This document shows, piece after piece, positions 61,522 through 64,000 of a stretch of DNA of 64,000 nucleotides. The stretch is taken from the NCBI RefSeq assembly GCF_052425735.1, contig NC_135769.1:24862001-24926000 (forward strand). The letters are read 5' to 3'. The position numbers were made by a program, and so were the translations under genes. The notes under the pieces were generated by a model. The model ran no database searches. It had not been told where the DNA came from and saw nothing but the letters and a program-made list of their open reading frames with translations. The stretch's first letter is position 1. Every line of letters begins with the position of its first letter. Origin of the DNA: Oculina patagonica. Its lineage: Eukaryota.

Positions 61522-62712
61522 ATGACTCATGTGGAAGAGAATTGGCAGACGAAACGATCAACTGTCGTCGAGAGAACCACGTTTATTTTCAACAACGAGT
61601 TACTGAGCGATGTGAAGTTTGTTGTTCCAGTGTCGACTGGCGAAAGTGAAAGCAAGAAGGTGATCCCAGCTCACAAGTTTGTGCTTGCAATCGGTAGTCC
61701 TGTGTTCTTTGCCATGTTCTATGGTCAAATGGCGGAGACTACAGACTCTATTGAACTGCCTGACTGTGATTACGAGAGCCTGTTAGAATTGCTTCGTTTC
61801 TTCTACAGCGACGAAGTGAATTTAACCGGAAGTAATGTGATGCAAGTGTTGTACTTGGCGAACAAATATATGGTGCCTTCACTAGCTGGGAAATGCAACA
61901 AATACCTGCAAGACAATTTGAAAGCATCAAACGTGTTCTGCATTCTGCCGCACGCTCAGAAATTCGAAGAGAAAGATTTGGAAAATCGATGCTGGGAAGT
62001 GATTGAGAAGCAGACGGAAGAAGCTGTGACGTCAGATGAATTTGTCACAGTCGAGCGATCCCTTGTCGAGTCTGTTGTGATGAGAGAAGTATTGAACGTA
62101 AAGGAAGTGGAACTGTTTAAAGCTGTTGATCGCTGGGCCATAAAAGAAGGTGAAAGGCAAGGAATAACTCCTGATGGCGATGCGAAGAGACGAATTCTGG
62201 GAGAGGAGATTGTAAAGGCGATACGATTTCCATTGATGTCACTGAAGGAGTTTGCTTCTGTTGTTCTTGACTGCAACATTCTTTCGACGAGAGAGATTAC
62301 CGACATGATGAAGTACTACGGTGACGTATTATCATCGCCGTTGCCATTCATAAAGGCCAGAAGGATGAGAAGATTTCAGCGATGTTTAAGGTTTGGAAAA
62401 GTGGTCTTCGAAGGTGGGTGGAATTATACCTTTTTGGACCAAGAATTTAATGATATTTGTGTAACTGCTAGCAGAGCATTTACCTTACATGGAGTTCAGC
62501 TCTTTGGCTGTCAAGGTGGCCAGTACGAAGTAACCACGGAACTGAGAAATAGGACTGAGAACTCCCTTTTGGCTACACAAGCTGGATCGTATTTACCAGA
62601 GAAGGACGAGACTGGAGCTTACTTTTCCTTTGATGTGTTGTTTGATCATGCAGTTCGTTTAGAAAGTGGTAAAATGTATCAAATATCAGCAACAGTAAGT
62701 GGTCCCCCGTAA
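61522..62712 (+). pseudogene. BTB-BACK-PHR copy D, 3'-truncated by a LINE insertion
   Basis: Intact ORF up to ...ISATVSGPP. The stop TAA comes from the (AAG)n LINE tail, so about 45 aa of PHR (to GQFP) are missing within the window. Confidence 0.88.
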
Positions 62713-64000
62713 GAAAAGAGTAAGAAGAAGAAGAAGAAAGAAGAAGAGTAAGAAAAACTTTATTTACCCACGGAATCCCATTCATCAGTTAATGGTCTTC
62801 CAGAGATCCGTGCTCTAATATAATTACAATTTAAAATAAATAATGAATTCAAATATGTGTAGAATCTATAAATATATATATTAATAATTAACAATTCTCT
62901 TAAAAATATTTAGGTCTTTCGATTTTTTGACTTCTACAGGAAGTGCATTCCATGCCACTACTCCGTTATAGGCGAGGCTCCTTTTAAGGAACTCTGTGTT
63001 AGGTTTTGGAACACATAGGTTTATATGGCAGCCTCTAGTTTCATAGTGATGAGTCTCTCTAACTGGAATGAAGTTTCGTGCCAACGAGTGTGGTGCCAGA
63101 TTGTTGGCAATTTTGTACATAGTTGTTACTTTTTGTTGGTACCAGCGATCTTCTAGAGGCTGCCATCCTAGGTCCTTTCTTAGATCAGCAGATCTGACTT
63201 CATAGCCAGACCTAGTGATAATTCTTGCTGCTCGATTTTGTAGTCTTTGTAATTTTGTCCGTAACCCTTTATCACATGTGTGCCAAACAGGCGAGCAGTA
63301 ATCAAAGTGAGGTTGTATAATTGATTTATAGATTTGATTTAAAGAATCATTAGGGAGTATTTCACGGGTTCGCCTTAGGACACCTAAGCCCTTGCTAACT
63401 TTTTTACTAATATTAGAAACATGTTCCTTCCAAGTAAGGTTTTCATCTAAGGTGACACCCAGCGACACTGTTTTTTCAACTCGTTTTAGATTGGTATCTC
63501 CAATCTTTAGGTTTAGGTCTAAATTTGCGTGATTTAGCCTTTTTCTAGAGCCAATTATCATATATTCAGTTTTTACCACATTAATACTGAGGCGATTTGC
63601 ATCAAGCCAATTTTCTAGTTGTTTTAGGTCTTCATTCAATTTAAGCTCAATAGAATGGGTATCGATGCCACTTGATGTTATGCTGGTATCATCAGCATAC
63701 ATACTTGGAATGGAATAAGTTAAGCAACCAGGCAAATCATTTATGTATAGTAAGAAAAGTAGAGGGCCCAGTATAGAGCCTTGAGGGACTCCACATTTTA
63801 TATTTTCACAGTTGGATATGTTCCCATTAGTATAACAATATTGCGTTCTATTAGTTAGATACGATCTAAACCATTTTAATTCGTTTGCTATTATGCCATA
63901 ACTTTGCATTTTTTTAATTAAAATATCATGGTCAACTGTGTCAAAGGCCTTTTTAAGGTCCAGGAAAACAGCAACATTAATTTTACCTTCATCCATATTT
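62710..64000 (-). mobile_element. LINE retrotransposon (CR1/L2-group) 3' portion with open RT ORF
   Basis: ORF 62881-63996 with DLKKAFDTV, GVPQGSILGPLLF, YADDT, LQNRAARII. AATAAA followed by a (CTT)n-like tail at 62710-62765. Confidence 0.93.

Overview
AT-rich, intron-containing metazoan DNA; the gene content and MITE repertoire suggest a cnidarian, probably a stony coral (inference). Spliced genes reconstructed by hand: DTD2/ATD (-), MED7 (+), COX11 (+), and a 9-exon type I membrane protein (-) with an apextrin C-terminal (ApeC) domain, a Sushi domain, a Ser/Thr stalk, one TM helix and three ITIM-like tyrosine motifs. There are also five intronless BTB-BACK-PHR (BTBD6/BTBD3-like) copies: two intact, two truncated next to retroelements and one 3' fragment. 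The left 23 kb is a tandem duplication of [DTD2 last two exons + nested BTB gene]. Both DTD2 3' cassettes are intact, and one copy carries a 9.5-kb nested stack of DNA transposons (Ginger-like, Academ, Academ, 6-bp-TSD element, foldback MITEs). Two upstream exons encoding a ZNF653/ZNF692-like domain can splice in frame onto DTD2. The strongest candidate for an undescribed system is the ApeC-Sushi-TM-ITIM receptor.
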